This document shows, one piece after another, positions 12,220-24,809 of a DNA stretch of 64,000 nt. This DNA comes from Leucoraja ocellata. Taxonomy: Eukaryota. The notes under the pieces are model-generated. The model worked only from the letters and a program-made list of their open reading frames with translations, made no database searches and was not told the origin of the DNA. The position numbers and the translations under genes are program-made. The stretch spans positions 186,001-250,000 of the forward strand of contig JAWMAR010001182.1 of the NCBI GenBank assembly GCA_036785375.1, given 5' to 3'. Numbering within the stretch: the first letter of the stretch is position 1; the number at the start of each line of letters is the position of its first letter.

Positions 12220-13803
12220 GCCGGAGATTTCCAATACATGCAGCATGTGCGCTGCTTACAACAGAGGCCGAGACACTGACGCAGGAACATTACAATATTG
12301 TACTTGATAAGTGGAATAACGGAAACGGCCAAATAGTGTATTTGTCGCTATTAAAAAGGCTTCCAGCATGGACATGGGGATTTGTATTATCCGCGTTTAA
12401 TGGCGGCCACATTCCGGATAACTGAAATGACTGGCTGTGTTAGTTCTGCACAAGACAGCGGAATCAGTACATCGGTAGATTGCAAACAGCTAAAAACGAT
12501 TGTGTCGAAAAATAGATATGGTGGGGAAGGAAAGGTGGGAATACAACTTCCGCTGTAAACTATTGGAAAATAATCATACATGCACCTTGTTGGTTCGATG
12601 GATTGGTTTATTGCTCCACCGGGTGGCGCCAGCAATGGCTGCCTCGCCTAAAGTCTGTTCGTCCTTTCTTTCCTTTGTGTTCGATAGTATGTGTTAAATG
12701 TACGTTTTTAGTGTTCTTTAGCCTGTTTTATGTGGGAGTGGGGGGGGGGGGGGGTGGAGGGGGGGGGCGGTTGGAGGAAACTTTGGAGGAGAGGGATGGT
12801 GGCTGTGCCTTGGTTTTTACCCAATAAGTGACACGCCGTTTGTAACGGCGCCCCCTGCCTTGTCTGCTGTTCTGATCCCTGTCACTGAATTATCGATCTG
12901 AGATTGGTCACAGCTGGGTCCAATTAGTTGATATTCGTTGAGCACTTGAATCATTTGAATCACTTGAACCAATCCCAGCGTCGTCGCACATGCGCCTTGA
13001 TGGCGAGGGACAGTGCCCCCATGCGGTTGATACTTAAGTAAGTAAAACATATCACGTAATTTCACTCTACTGCAAGTGTCGGCGTGGTTATTGGCGAAGG
13101 CTGCCGTCATCACCGCCCGTACAGCTTTCTTTGAACTAAATCACAAAGAGGGACTTCGTTGGTCAGGCAACATCTGTGGAAGCCATGGACAGACTACTTT
13201 CCTGGCCAGGACCGTTCTTCAGACCCTATCGTTTCGCACCCCAGATGATGTTTAGTCTGCTGAGTTCCTCCAGCACATTCAGTTTTGCTCAAGATTCCAG
13301 AATCTGCAGTTTCTTGTGTATTTACTCTTCTGGTCATCTTTGGATTGGATTCAATTTATTGTCATTGTCTCATTAGAGACAACGAAATGGATTTTCCTTA
13401 CAGTCATAATTTTTTTTTTAAGCTCAAACACAGAAGTCCACGACACACCATTCCCACAGCGGCACCAAAGTTAGGGAAGGAACAAAACTCCAGTCAGCCT
13501 CCTGGCTGATCTTCCCAGATGTTCACCCGTGGCCGGGGCCTCCCGCGCACCCCGTAGTCGCCGCCTCGGGCGGCCCGATGCTCATGCGATCTCGCCGGGA
13601 ATGATAGCACCCCGACGTCGAACCCCGACGAAGAACACCCTCAGCGGCCCCGGCCTCCAAATCAGCCACCTCCCAGCGGAGTACGCAGTTCAAGGCGCGT
13701 GCCTTCTCTCCTTTCCGGTTTGACGTAAATGTTTAAATGTGTCTATCAGCACACGGATGCGGCCTGACCTGCTAAGTATTTCTATCCTTTTCTGTTTTAT
13801 TTT

Positions 13804-14142
13804 GAAACATAGAAATTAGGTGCAGGAGTTGGCCATTCGAGCCTGTACCGCCATTCAATATGATAGTGGATGATCATCCAACTCAGCATCCCATCCCTGC
13901 CTTCTCTCCATATCCCCTGATCCCTTTAGCCACCAGGGCCACATCCAAATCCCTCTTAAATATAGCCAATGAACTGGCCTCAACTGCCTTCTGTGGCAGA
14001 GAATTCCACAGATTCACCACTCTCTGTGTAAAAAATGATTTTATCATCCCGGTCCTAAAAGATTTCCCCCTTATCCTTAAACTATGACCCCCAGTTGGGA
14101 CTTCCCCAACATCGGGAATCATCTTCCTGCAGCTAGCCTGTC
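13804..14142 (-). mobile_element. CR1 3' end; duplicate at about 46324-46660
   Basis: SFFTQRVVNLWNSLPQK..EA motif and (TTTCTATG) tail. Confidence 0.88.
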
Positions 14143-14884
14143 CATACACGGGTGATAGCAGAAAGCCACTTTGCCTCCGCAAGCCATTGCCATTCGTGAA
14201 TAGGGTACCGCTCAGTGACATAGAGATGGGGAAAACATAAGTTCATTAAAGTAAGATTAAATTATGATTCATTCCACGGATGGCAATGGCTTGCGGAGGC
14301 CAAGTGGCTTTCTGCTATCATCCGTGCATGGACAAATGATTGTGTATACGTGCACACAGATATTGAGAAATTCCAGACGTTGATGGGGACATGTTAAGCG
14401 ATCGACTATTTGTGGAGTTGATTATCGACAGTCTCCTGGCGTCCGTTATTCAGGGGCTCTCAGACTCGCCTCAACTTGAACCCGCTGATCTTTAATTCAA
14501 GATATGTTTAACGGTTGGATCAGAGAGTCACTTTGCCGTTTGCTGCATCGGTCACTCTGCAGTCCAAAACAACTGCTGGCCGGTTAGAGACACAAATTTC
14601 ACAAAAGCACTTGCGTACAGTTCCAATACGTATCCGTGGCAGCAAACTGCTGCAGTAGGTAAGGCGGTTCGCAGCCAGAGCAGAGGAAGGAAGCAAGTGA
14701 GGGCGGGGCGGATTGGCGCTGGTGCCAACTGTCGGAAACTGTTAGCTGCAGCTGGTGATTGTGCGCGGGGGGTTGGAGACGGAAGTTGTTGATTTGTAAG
14801 AGTGGTTGTGACCCAATTGTTGCCACCGGGCGACTGACAAATAGGAGACGGGGGAGGGGAAAGTTAAATAACCTGCAGCACATT

Positions 14885-15195
14885 GGGGCGGCGGTCGAGT
14901 TTCTGCCCGCGAGCGCTCAAACCTCCAGAGACCCGGGTTCGATCCCGACTACGGGTGTTAGCTGTGGGGAGTTTGTACGTCGTCCCCGTGACAGCGTGGG
15001 TCTTCTCCGAGATCGTCGGCTTGCTTCCACACTCCATATATAGGACGTATTGGTTTGTATGTTAATAGGCTTGGTATAGATTTAAATGTGTCCCTAGTAT
15101 GTGTAGGATAGTGTTAGTGTGAAGGGATCAAGGTCGCCGCGGACACGGTGGGACAAAATACCCCCTTTCCGCGGTATATCTGTAAACTAAAAACT
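14885..15195 (+). mobile_element. V-SINE-like element; duplicate at about 47363-47675; relatives at about 22680-22965, 61120-61420 (-), 61775-62180 and 63760-64000
   Basis: GGGTTCGATCCC B-box, CTGTG.GGAGTTTGTACGT..TCCCCGTGAC.GCGTGGG V-domain, AAACT tail. Confidence 0.75.
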
Positions 15196-15384
15196 ATCCT
15201 CAGCTAATAAACATAGAAAACATAGAAAATAGATGCAGGAGTAGGCCATTCGGCCCAATAGCAGGAATAGCGCCCGGTGTCGCTCCTCTCTACATGAAAT
15301 GTATATCCACACGATTACATACAACGCAGGCAGACGTTGCCTGTGTTACTGCTCGGCCAGCAACGCAGTGTTTTGGTAGAGAAA

Positions 15385-16655
15385 CTCCAGTTGTATAGGG
15401 ATCTGGCGAGACCACAAATGGAGTATTGTGTACAGTTTTGGTATCCTAATTTGAGGAAGGACATCCTTGTGATTGAGGCAGTGCAGCCTAGGTTCACGAG
15501 ATTGATCCCTGGGATGGCGGGACGGTCATACGAGGAACGATTGAAAAGACTAGGCTTATATTCACTGCAGTTTAGAAGGATGAGGGGCATTCTTATAGAA
15601 ACATATAAAATTATAAAAGGACTGGACAAGCTAGATGCAGGAAAAATGTTCCCAATGTTGGGCGAGTCCAGAACCAGGGGCCACGGTTTTAGAATCAAAG
15701 GGAGGCCATTTAAGACTGAGGTGGGAATAAACTTTTCATCCAGAGAGTTGTGAATTTATGGAATTCCCTGCGACAGATGGTGTCCAAGTCACTGGATGAA
15801 TTTAAGAGAGAGTTAGATATAGCTCTAGGGGCTAGTGGAGTCAAGACATATGGGGAGAAGGCAGGTACGGGTTATTGATAGGGGACGATCACCCATGACC
15901 ACAATGAATGGCGGTGCTGGCTCGAAGGGCCGAATGGCCTCCTCCTGCACATATTCTCTATGTTTCTATCATGTTCCGACATCATGGCATAATAGTGTCC
16001 GACTGACGATGGCGACTTACACATAGAAACATAGAAAGTAGATGCAGGAGTAGGCCATTCGGCCCTTCGAGCCTGCACCGCCATTCAATATGATCATGGC
16101 TGATCATCCAACTCAGTATCCTGTACCTGCCTTCTCTCCATACCCCTTGACCCCTTTAGCCACAACGGCCACATCTAACTCCCTCTTAAATGTAGCCAAT
16201 GAACTGGCCTCAACTACCTTCTGCGGCAGAGAATTCCAGAGATTCACCACTCCCTGTGTGAAAAAAGCTTTCCTCATCTCGGTCCTAAAGGATTTCCACC
16301 TTATCCTTAAACTGTGACCCCTTGTCCTGTACTTCCCCAACATCGGGAACAACCTTTCTGCATCTAGCCTGTCCAACCCATTAAGAATTTTGTAAGTTTC
16401 TATAAGATCCCCCCACAATCTTCTAAATTCTAGCGAGTACAAACCGAGTCTATGCAGTCTTTCTTCATATGAAAGTCTTGACATCCCAGGAATCAGTCTG
16501 GTGAACCTTCTCTGTACTCCCTCTATGGCAAGAATGTCTTTCCTCAGATTAGGAGACCAAAACTGTACGCAATACTCCAGGTGTGGTCTCACCATGACCC
16601 TGTACAACTGCAGTAGAACCTCCCTGCTCCTATACTCAAATCCTTTTGCTATGAA
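15385..16655. mobile_element. Two convergent CR1 3' fragments (+ 15385-15970; - 16020-16655); duplicate at about 47865-49135
   Basis: ORFs 15337+ and 16113- both encode the CR1 ORF2 C-terminus. Confidence 0.9.
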
Positions 16656-17112
16656 TCCACATTTGCCCACAGAATAAATAACGGTCCACTAACATCCTTC
16701 AAATGCAGTGGAAAGTCCAACACCTGGTCCGCACGGGCCCTACATTATGGGCACAAACGATATCTTAAATAAATATGACGCCTGCAGAGAAAGTGCAGGT
16801 TAACTAAAAGTGCAAGAGTCGCAGCAAGGTAGACTGGGAAATCGGAAATAAATCCTTGGCTTACGCGAGGTCCACTCAAGAGTCTTACAATTGCAGGGAA
16901 GAAACTGTCCTTGAATCTAGTAGTTTTAATCATTTGTCTCTTCTGTCGGAGAGGAGGAGGGAGGAGAGAAAAGATCTAACGTTTGACGAGAGCTTTGATT
17001 GTGTCAGGTGCTCTCCTGCTGCTGATGCCTTCTTGTACATTTTCCTCTATCAGAGCACTTCCGCACACATTTCGTTTGCGTGAGATGGGGATGACAATAT
17101 AACCACCGTTTT

Positions 17113-17139
17113 ATTGGTGGCCTGCACAAAGTGACGTGA
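17113..17139 (+). promoter_or_regulatory. Putative V-c promoter module (inverted CCAAT + CRE-like TGACGTGA); copy at about 49593-49619
   Basis: ATTGGTGGCCTGCACAAAGTGACGTGA about 95-120 nt upstream of the ATG. Confidence 0.6.
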
Positions 17140-17234
17140 GGCTAGCTCCCACCAGCGCTCTCAATTCTGCCTGACGGACGCACTGAAGGTGTTCAGGAGA
17201 GACAGCAAAGTTGGTGCCGCCACGGGGATCGAAG

Positions 17235-18839
17235 ATGCGCCTCATGGTACAAACTGTCATGTGGGCGACATTCATTATCAGTAAGAATTTTCATTGTATT
17301 AAACAGCGGCGTTTTTGCAGAAAGATGGCTTCGGTCAACTGCTGTAGCTCATTTGTTGGACCAGACCTACAATCCAACACGTATTCTGCGTCTCCAGTAA
17401 GAAAAATATGTTTAAGTGTTTAGTGGTTGAACGAGCAATGCAATCGACATTGGGAGAGTTGCAGCTCCGTAGCATTGAAATTCCGTGTTCAAAATGTATC
17501 ATGGGTGACTAAGCCGCATTCCGTGCACTGTGTTCTGTTTGGGAAGAATGCTACGGGAAGGGTGTCATTCTGCTGAACTCCGTCTATAGATGGTTTACCC
17601 ATTCCCTGAACGCGTGTATAGATGGTTTACAACGACTTTGCCCGAATTTGATCGCTTGAGATATATGGAGCGGTTGGACAGTGTGGGATTGTATTCCTTG
17701 AAGCGCAGAGCTGAACTTATGGAGGTGCATGAAATTATAAGGAAAATAGATAGGATGAATGCACCGTTTTCCTTCACCAAGAGAAAGAGGTTCAATATGA
17801 TTTAGATCTAGATACAGATCTAAGCGGAGTCATTTTAGAGTAATCTGAGGGGCATTTTATTACTCAAAGGGTGGTCACTAGATTGATCTTGAGCTGCCGG
17901 GTAGTTGAGGCAGGTTCTATAATTGCAGGAATTGGCAGGACAATAATTGTTCGGCACGGTCTTGTAGCGCCGAGATGGCCTGTTTCCGTGCTGTGATTAT
18001 TATATGGTTATATGGTTATATAATGGGCATCTGAAAAACACTTGGACAGGTACATCGAGGGGGGGAGATATAAAGAGACGCCCGCCTATCGCGGTAACTG
18101 GGGCCAACGTAGATGGGGCACCATAGTTGTCAAGGACGAGTTGGGTCGAAAGGTCTCTTTAATGGCAACCTCTTTCATGGTCTCTTTTATGTCTATTTGA
18201 TTCTTTGGACGCCGGTAAATCATGCAGGAACGGACGGAATGTTCTTTATCAAAGAAATATGTAACGGCTCCACACCACGGGATTATAGAGCTAAATATTA
18301 TAAATAAATCAAACAGATTCCAGAATAGAACTCGAGGGGACAGTGGTGTGTGATCGATGGCGGTGCACTGGGACGAAAGAGGAAGTGAGCGTCAGGATAA
18401 ACTTGCCCGTCTGTGAGATATGCAAGGACTGACTATCTGCCGTAAATACAATTGTTGTTGTCACATATTCGTTCACGGTCTTTTGAGGTCAGTTGTTGAT
18501 GATTTAAGTCAAATAAACGCTCCGCTTAACGCGTTGCAGGTCGGGGTGATGCTGATTCCGTGACCCAAGAGAAGACTTCTCTGACACATACAGAGGGGGA
18601 AAACGCCATTTTAACATGCACCTTTGCCAAGGATGGTTACAACTTGTTCTGGTACCGCCAGTACCCCAACGGTCACCCGGAGTTTCTGCTCCGGAGATAC
18701 ACTGACGGACAGTATGACGAGAAGGCGGATTTCGCTCGTGAGCGGTTTTCTGATGAAATTCAGCAGTCAACGAAAACATATCAGATGACTATTTCGGAAC
18801 TACGGCTGTCTGACACGGCAATGTATTACTGTGCGGTCG
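17235..18839 (+). CDS. TCR alpha/delta-type V segment, family c (V-c1); leader 17235-17280, V exon 18540-18839
   Basis: Leader MRLMVQTVMWATFII plus GTAAGA donor; tgcAG acceptor. DSVTQ...LTCTF...LFWYRQYP...KADFARERFS...SDTAMYYCAV, intact. Confidence 0.93.
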
Positions 18840-18878
18840 CACAGTGTTGGGAACGGCGTGCAGACTCGTACAATAACT
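18840..18878 (+). promoter_or_regulatory. 23-RSS of V-c1
   Basis: CACAGTG + 23 nt + ACAATAACT. Confidence 0.95.
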
Positions 18879-19139
18879 GATGCAGGTTTCTGAGGCACAT
18901 CTGCTGCAGATGTTCAGCTATGTAGCTTATTGTAGCGCAGGCAGTGGCGCCGGAAACCATTTGCTGTAAGCGGAAACGCCACTCGCTCCACGGGATATCT
19001 CCATTCCGTCAAAATATTGCACTAACAGCAAACTTTAACATGTGTACCACGAAATTCCACGACTTAAAAGCAAAAAGCAACGTTGTACGCAGTTGTTGAT
19101 TTAACAGAGCGGCGCTGCTTTCGAAATACCTCACGCCTA

Positions 19140-19872
19140 TTTAGACTTTTGGAGAGTTCCCCCTCCCCTCACCCCACTCACCAACAACAACAGCACAGTC
19201 ACATATGTGGAGTATTTTAAGTTCCTGTGAACCATCATCTCCAAGGAATTTAAATGGGGGGCTACCATCGACTCCACGGTCAAAAATGCACAACGCAGTA
19301 TGTACTTCCTGCGGCACCGATGAAGCACAATCTGCCACCGGTAATGATGGTCCAATTCTATACGGCCATCGTAGAGTCTGTCCTCACCTTAACCATCATG
19401 GTCTGGTTTGGCGCGACATCTGGAGGCCGCAGCGAATCGTCCGATCAGCTGAGAAGGCTATTGGCAGCAACCGTCCCTCCATTGATGAACTGTACACTGC
19501 AAGGGCAGGGAAGCGAGCGGGTAAGATCATTTCTGACCCCTCTCACCCTTACCACAACCTCTGCGAATCACTTCTCTCTGGAAGGCTACTCCGGACTGTC
19601 AAACTGCCACAGCCAGACATAAAAACAACTTTATTTTCCACGAGTAGTAGCTCTACTCAATAACCAAAAATCTGTAACCTCCTTTTGCTCTGGTGTTTTA
19701 TTTAATTAACATATTTAATCAATAATGTGTTGTTATTATTAATGTTTAATGTTTTATGTGTCATTCCTAACTGTCATTGTATGTCGTTGTCACTTGCGGG
19801 CGGAGCATCAAGACAAATTTCGTGTATGTGAATACTTGGCCAATAAACCTATTTATTCATTCATTCATTCAT
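19140..19872 (+). mobile_element. Rex1/Babar-type LINE 3' fragment with (ATTC)n tail; duplicate at about 51625-52362
   Basis: KHNLPPVMMVQFYTAIVESVLTLTIMVWFG and QRIVRSAEKAIG...IISDPSHP. Confidence 0.75.
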
Positions 19873-20269
19873 AATGAGTTTGTATGTTTTTATTTAAACA
19901 GAGCTATGGAGAACAAATTATATATATTTACGAACAACCCCCTTGGGCTGTCACCTTTGCTACCCGATTACTGATCCCTCTTGAATAGATGGCCATTTCC
20001 AAACTCAGTTAAGGCGGATGATGATATAATTTGTACAAGAGTCGAGTGCCGAAGACAAGAGGTGAGAGATAACGGTGGGAAGGGAAATATGTAAAATGTA
20101 TCGGAGGGCAACCTTTGCAAACAGCGGGCTATTGGTTCATGGAACCAGCTCACACGTGTTGCTGGGCGAACTAGAGCAACTACAGCCTTTAAAAAACTTG
20201 AACAAAGAATACTTGGAGTTGACTGGAGCATGTTATTTGAGGGAAAGGAACATCGGCCAAGTGGGATGT

Positions 20270-22115
20270 TTTTAAAAGTGTGCGGATCTGTGCGGATTTA
20301 AAAGCTCAGGATCTGTACGTCCCCGTTAGAGTGAAGGGAAAATCAGGAAAATGTAAGGAAGCTTGGCTGACGAGGGAAATCTAGGCGTTGTTCAAGAACA
20401 AGGAGGATGCATGGCACATGTATAGACAGCAGGGATCAAGTGGAACCTTGGAGGACTTTCGGGAACTAAGGACTAAACTGAAAAAAAGGAGATCAGAAGG
20501 GCAGAAATGGGCCAGGAGATAGCTCTGGCGTTAAGCATTAAGGACAATCCCAAAATATTGTATAAACGCATACGGGGGAAAGGGTAACTAGAGAGAGACT
20601 GGGACCTCTCAGAAATCAAAGCGGTCACCTCTGTGTGGAGCCACAGGAGATGGACAAAGTCCTCAATGAATATTTCTCCTCTGTATTGACCGAGGAGAAA
20701 TACAATAGGCCGAGGTACTTGGGGGCAGTCAATGGGAGGGTCTAGAGAGCAGTCAGTGTCACCGTGGAAGCAGTACTGAAGGTACTGTCGTGTATGAAGG
20801 TAGCCAACCCTCCAGGGCCTTATCAGATATATCCGTGGAAATTGCAGGAAACTAGAGAGCAAATTGTATTGTATTGTATTTTATTCAAATTTATTGTCAT
20901 TGTCTCAATTTGAGACAACGAAATTAATTTCCCTTCCAGGCAGTGTCATAAAAAAAATTAAAAACATAATAAATAAATAATAAAACATATTAAAAATAAA
21001 ATTGAAATTGAATTTAAAAAAGCACAAACACGGAAAGTCCACGACACAACATAACATAAATGGCACCAAGGTGAGGATGGCACCATAGTCCCAGCCAGCC
21101 TCCCCTCCGTGTTCATCCGTGGTCGGGGCCTTCAGAGAACCCGCAGTCGCCGCCCCGGTTGGCCCGATGTTCAGGCCTCACGCCGGGCTGGTGGAACGCC
21201 GACGCCGAACCCCGGCGGTGAGCATCTTCCTTTTGCGGGAGCCCTGGTTGAAATTGATGAGTCATCTTTAAATGCAAGAGAGGTGCCGGAGGACTGGAGG
21301 GTGGCAAATGTTGTGGCTCTTTTTAAGAAGGGCTGCAGGGGAAATGCTGCGAACTCTAGGCCAGTGAGCTGAACATCTGTAGTTGGAATGTTACGAGAGA
21401 GTATTCTGATGGATATGTTATAAAAGCATTTGAATGGGCAAGGGTTGAGTAGGGATAGTCACCATGGTTTGTACGTGGAAGATCGTGTCTCACAATTCTG
21501 AGTGATGTTTTGAAGGCGTGACCAAAAAGGTCGACCAGGGTAGTGCTGTCGAGGTTGTGTACATGGATTTCAGTAAAGCATTGGACAAGGGTCCGCATGG
21601 TAGTTTGCTCTGAAAGGTTAGATCCAAGGAGAGCTAGCTATATGGACAATAAATTGGCTCAATGGACAGAAGCAGAGGGTGAAGGTGGAAGATTGCTTCT
21701 CAGACTGGAGGCCTGTGACCAGTGTGTGCCTCAGGGTTCGGTGCTGGGCCCGTTACTGTTTGTCATCAACATCAATGATTTGGATGAGAACATACAGGGA
21801 AATATTAGCAAGTTTGCTGATGATACAAAAGTGAGTGGTTTTGCAAATGGTGAAGACGGTTGTGAAGTATTGCAGCAGCTTCTGGATCGATTGGCAAGGT
21901 GGGCGGAGGAAAGATTGATGGAATTTAATACAGAGAAGTGTGAAGTGTTTTGGGACGTCGAACAGGGACAGGAACTACACAGTAAATGATCGGCTTCTGG
22001 GTAGTGTGGTGGAGCAGTGGGATCAAGGAGGACAGGTACATGGTTCCTTGAAGGTCAAATGGCGGATTGATAAGGTGGTCAAGAAGAATTGTGCCACTTT
22101 AGCCTACATCAGTCA
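20270..22115 (+). mobile_element. Decayed CR1 ORF2, interrupted at about 20864-21233 and truncated at the duplication breakpoint; runs to its 3' end in copy 2 (about 52765-54800)
   Basis: [42 protein letters not shown]. Confidence 0.9.
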
Positions 22116-23539
22116 TTTAGGATTTATGTTCAGAACAAAATCGTTTTTCATCTTTTGTTCTTTCTGTCTAAAAAGTACTTGGAAGAATAAAGAATTGTGA
22201 AGAGGAAGACAGAAAAATATCATTATCTTTACTTCCGGTGACAACTCTTCCATCTGCTAGTTACATTTCAGTTACACGATACTGACATTGAAAGGGAAAC
22301 AATCTAACTTCGAGTCGTTTCTGAAGAGAGCGAATTATAAAGTGAACTATAATACATTAATTGAGTTTCCTTAAGTTTAGTTTACAGAGTGAAAACTGTC
22401 CATTCGCTTCATCTCGTCCGCACCGACCAGCAAGTACCCGCACACAGCCTCTCTCCTGTACACAGGAACAATTACAGAGACCAATTAAACGGCAAACCTG
22501 CATGTGTCTCGAATGTGTCCAAAGCGCGGCCAAATTTGATTTAGCCGCGGCTAAACCCAGCAGTAGGCAGCCCACCGCTGACAGAGTATCACCGGCTAGG
22601 CCAGACCTCAATCGCCTATAACTGATGACCGGCCCGGTATGACTGATTCGCCCGCTGCAGAACGGGCACAGAGGCCACGCGCCGCAGCGGTAGTGTTGCT
22701 GTTCGAAACAGCCAGAGATCCGGGTTTGATCCTGACCACGGTTGTTGCCTGCACGGAGTTTGTCCGTTATCCGCGCGACGAGTGGTCCGTTCTCCAAGAA
22801 GCGTTTTATCCTGGTCTCCTCGAATACTCCAAAGACGTATCAGTTTGTAGTTTCGGTATAATGGTAAAATATCTCCAGTGCGTAGAATTGTGTTAGTGTG
22901 CGGGAATCGCTGATGAGCGCGGACTTTGTGAGCCGAAGGACCTGTTTCCGCGCTGTACCCCAAAACGAAATATATGTGTTTATTTGCATATTATTGCACA
23001 AAGGTAGGAGAAGCAGTTTACAAGATGTGAATCAAGTATTGTGGTCTGGGTACTTACATGGAAAATAGATGGCCGCAAAACGAAAACAGTGATGGAACGG
23101 CTGAGGAACGGAATTGTGGACTTATTGGCATTGAGAGCTGAAGGCTTGGTGTTGGGTTCAAAGTATGGAGGGTTTGATTGTAAATAATGTTATGGAAAGA
23201 TTTGTGCAGAAGTTGCCGCCAAGTCAAAAGTCACCAATCAACCCTAATCCTCATAAATATCTTAGCTGGCACTAACAGCAGAAAGACTCCTTGTTTTTCG
23301 TAATCAGTTACATTTTAATTGGAAGCCTCTTCCATCATTCTCAGTGTCTTCCCAACTGCGGAGTTCTACGCACGATGCACACGAGTCTGAGAATCATAAT
23401 TTCAAGCTGTTTCCCCTTGTTTTCATTCTCAACACTTTGCATCGGCAGAACTGCAGCGTCTGCGCTGGGGTAATGGTTTGGGAGATAAATGCCAGACCAA
23501 TTTGCTCTATAACCAATCACAAACGCGAACCTTCTCCAT

Positions 23540-24040
23540 ATAACAATTACAGCATGGAAACAGGCCATCTCGGCCCTACAATTCCGTGCCGAACAATTAT
23601 TTTCCCTTAGTGCTACCTGCCTGCACTCATACCATAACACTCCATTCCCTTCTCATCCATATGTCTATCCAAATTATTTTTAATTTATACCAACGAACCT
23701 GCCACCACCACTTCCACCGGAAGCTCATTCCACACCGCTACCACTCTCTGAGTAAAGAAGTCCCCTCATATTACCCATAAACTTCTATCCCTTAATTCTG
23801 AAGTCATGCCCTCTTGTTTGAATCTTCCCTATTATCAAAGGGAAAAGCTTGTCCACATCAACTCTGTCTATCATTTTAAAGACCTCTATCAAGTCCCCCC
23901 TTAACCTTCTGCGCGCCAGAGAATAAAGACCTAACTTATTCAACCTTTCTCTGTAACTTAGTTGTTGAAACCCAGGCAACATTCTAGTAAATCTCCTCTG
24001 TACTCTTTCTATTTTGTTCACATCCTTCCTATAATTGGGC
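23540..24040 (-). mobile_element. Young CR1 subfamily 3' end with (TTATATGG)-type tail; near-identical copies at about 55852-56195 (+) and 60660-61115 (+)
   Basis: ERVQRRFTRMLPGFQQLSYRERL; shared VDKLFPLRIGKIQTRGH segment. Confidence 0.88.
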
Positions 24041-24809
24041 GACTTCGCTTTGCCGCCCTAGACTCTGCTTCCTTAAAATATAATTAGATTCCCTTGCTTG
24101 TATAAACACCGTCCGCCGCCGTTGGTTGCAACTGGTGAAGAGTGAATCTTTAATGTACATTGTAAACTCATTATATTAAGCAGATTTGTAACCTGAGTGC
24201 TTACATCAGCAATCAGAGATGGGTTTAGAGAAGAATAGTGTGATCAGGGGGAAGAGTCGAGGACCGGAATAGTAGAGCTATTGCCATTCAGTTGGAGGCT
24301 TGGCGGCTGGATACGATGGATGTAGAGTTTGTTGGTAAATCCAGTTCAGAACAGATTGCTATGGAAAGTGGCGTCACGTCACAAATGGACATTGGTCCCA
24401 ATGGAGATCACAACTGGCGCAAGCGGCTCAAGCAAAACACATTTTGTCCCCAAAATACTTTTGTTATCAGTTTATATATCTATAAAAATGTATTTCATCG
24501 TTCTCCATTTTTTGCTGCAGCTAACTAAACCTAGGTCCGAGAGGAGAAAATCATTTTTTACACAGAGAGTGGCGAATTTGTGGAATTCTCTGCCACAGAA
24601 GGTGATTGAGGACAGTTCATTGGCTATATTTAAGAGGGAGTTAGATGTGGCCCTTGTGGCTAAAGGGATCAGGGGGTATGGAGAGAAGGAAGGTATGGGA
24701 TTCAGAGCTGGATGATCAGTCATGATCATATTGAATGGCGGTGCAGGCTCGTAGGACCGAATAGCCTACTGCTGCACCTATTTTCTATGTTTCGATGTTT
24801 CTGTGTTTC

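Larger units (their letters stand above)
1..22115 (+). repeat. Segmental duplication copy 1 (starts left of the window)
   Basis: Colinear with 31420-54190. Position 1 gaccaacacc corresponds to 31420; homology ends at ...gcctacatcagtca (22115 / 54190). Confidence 0.95.
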
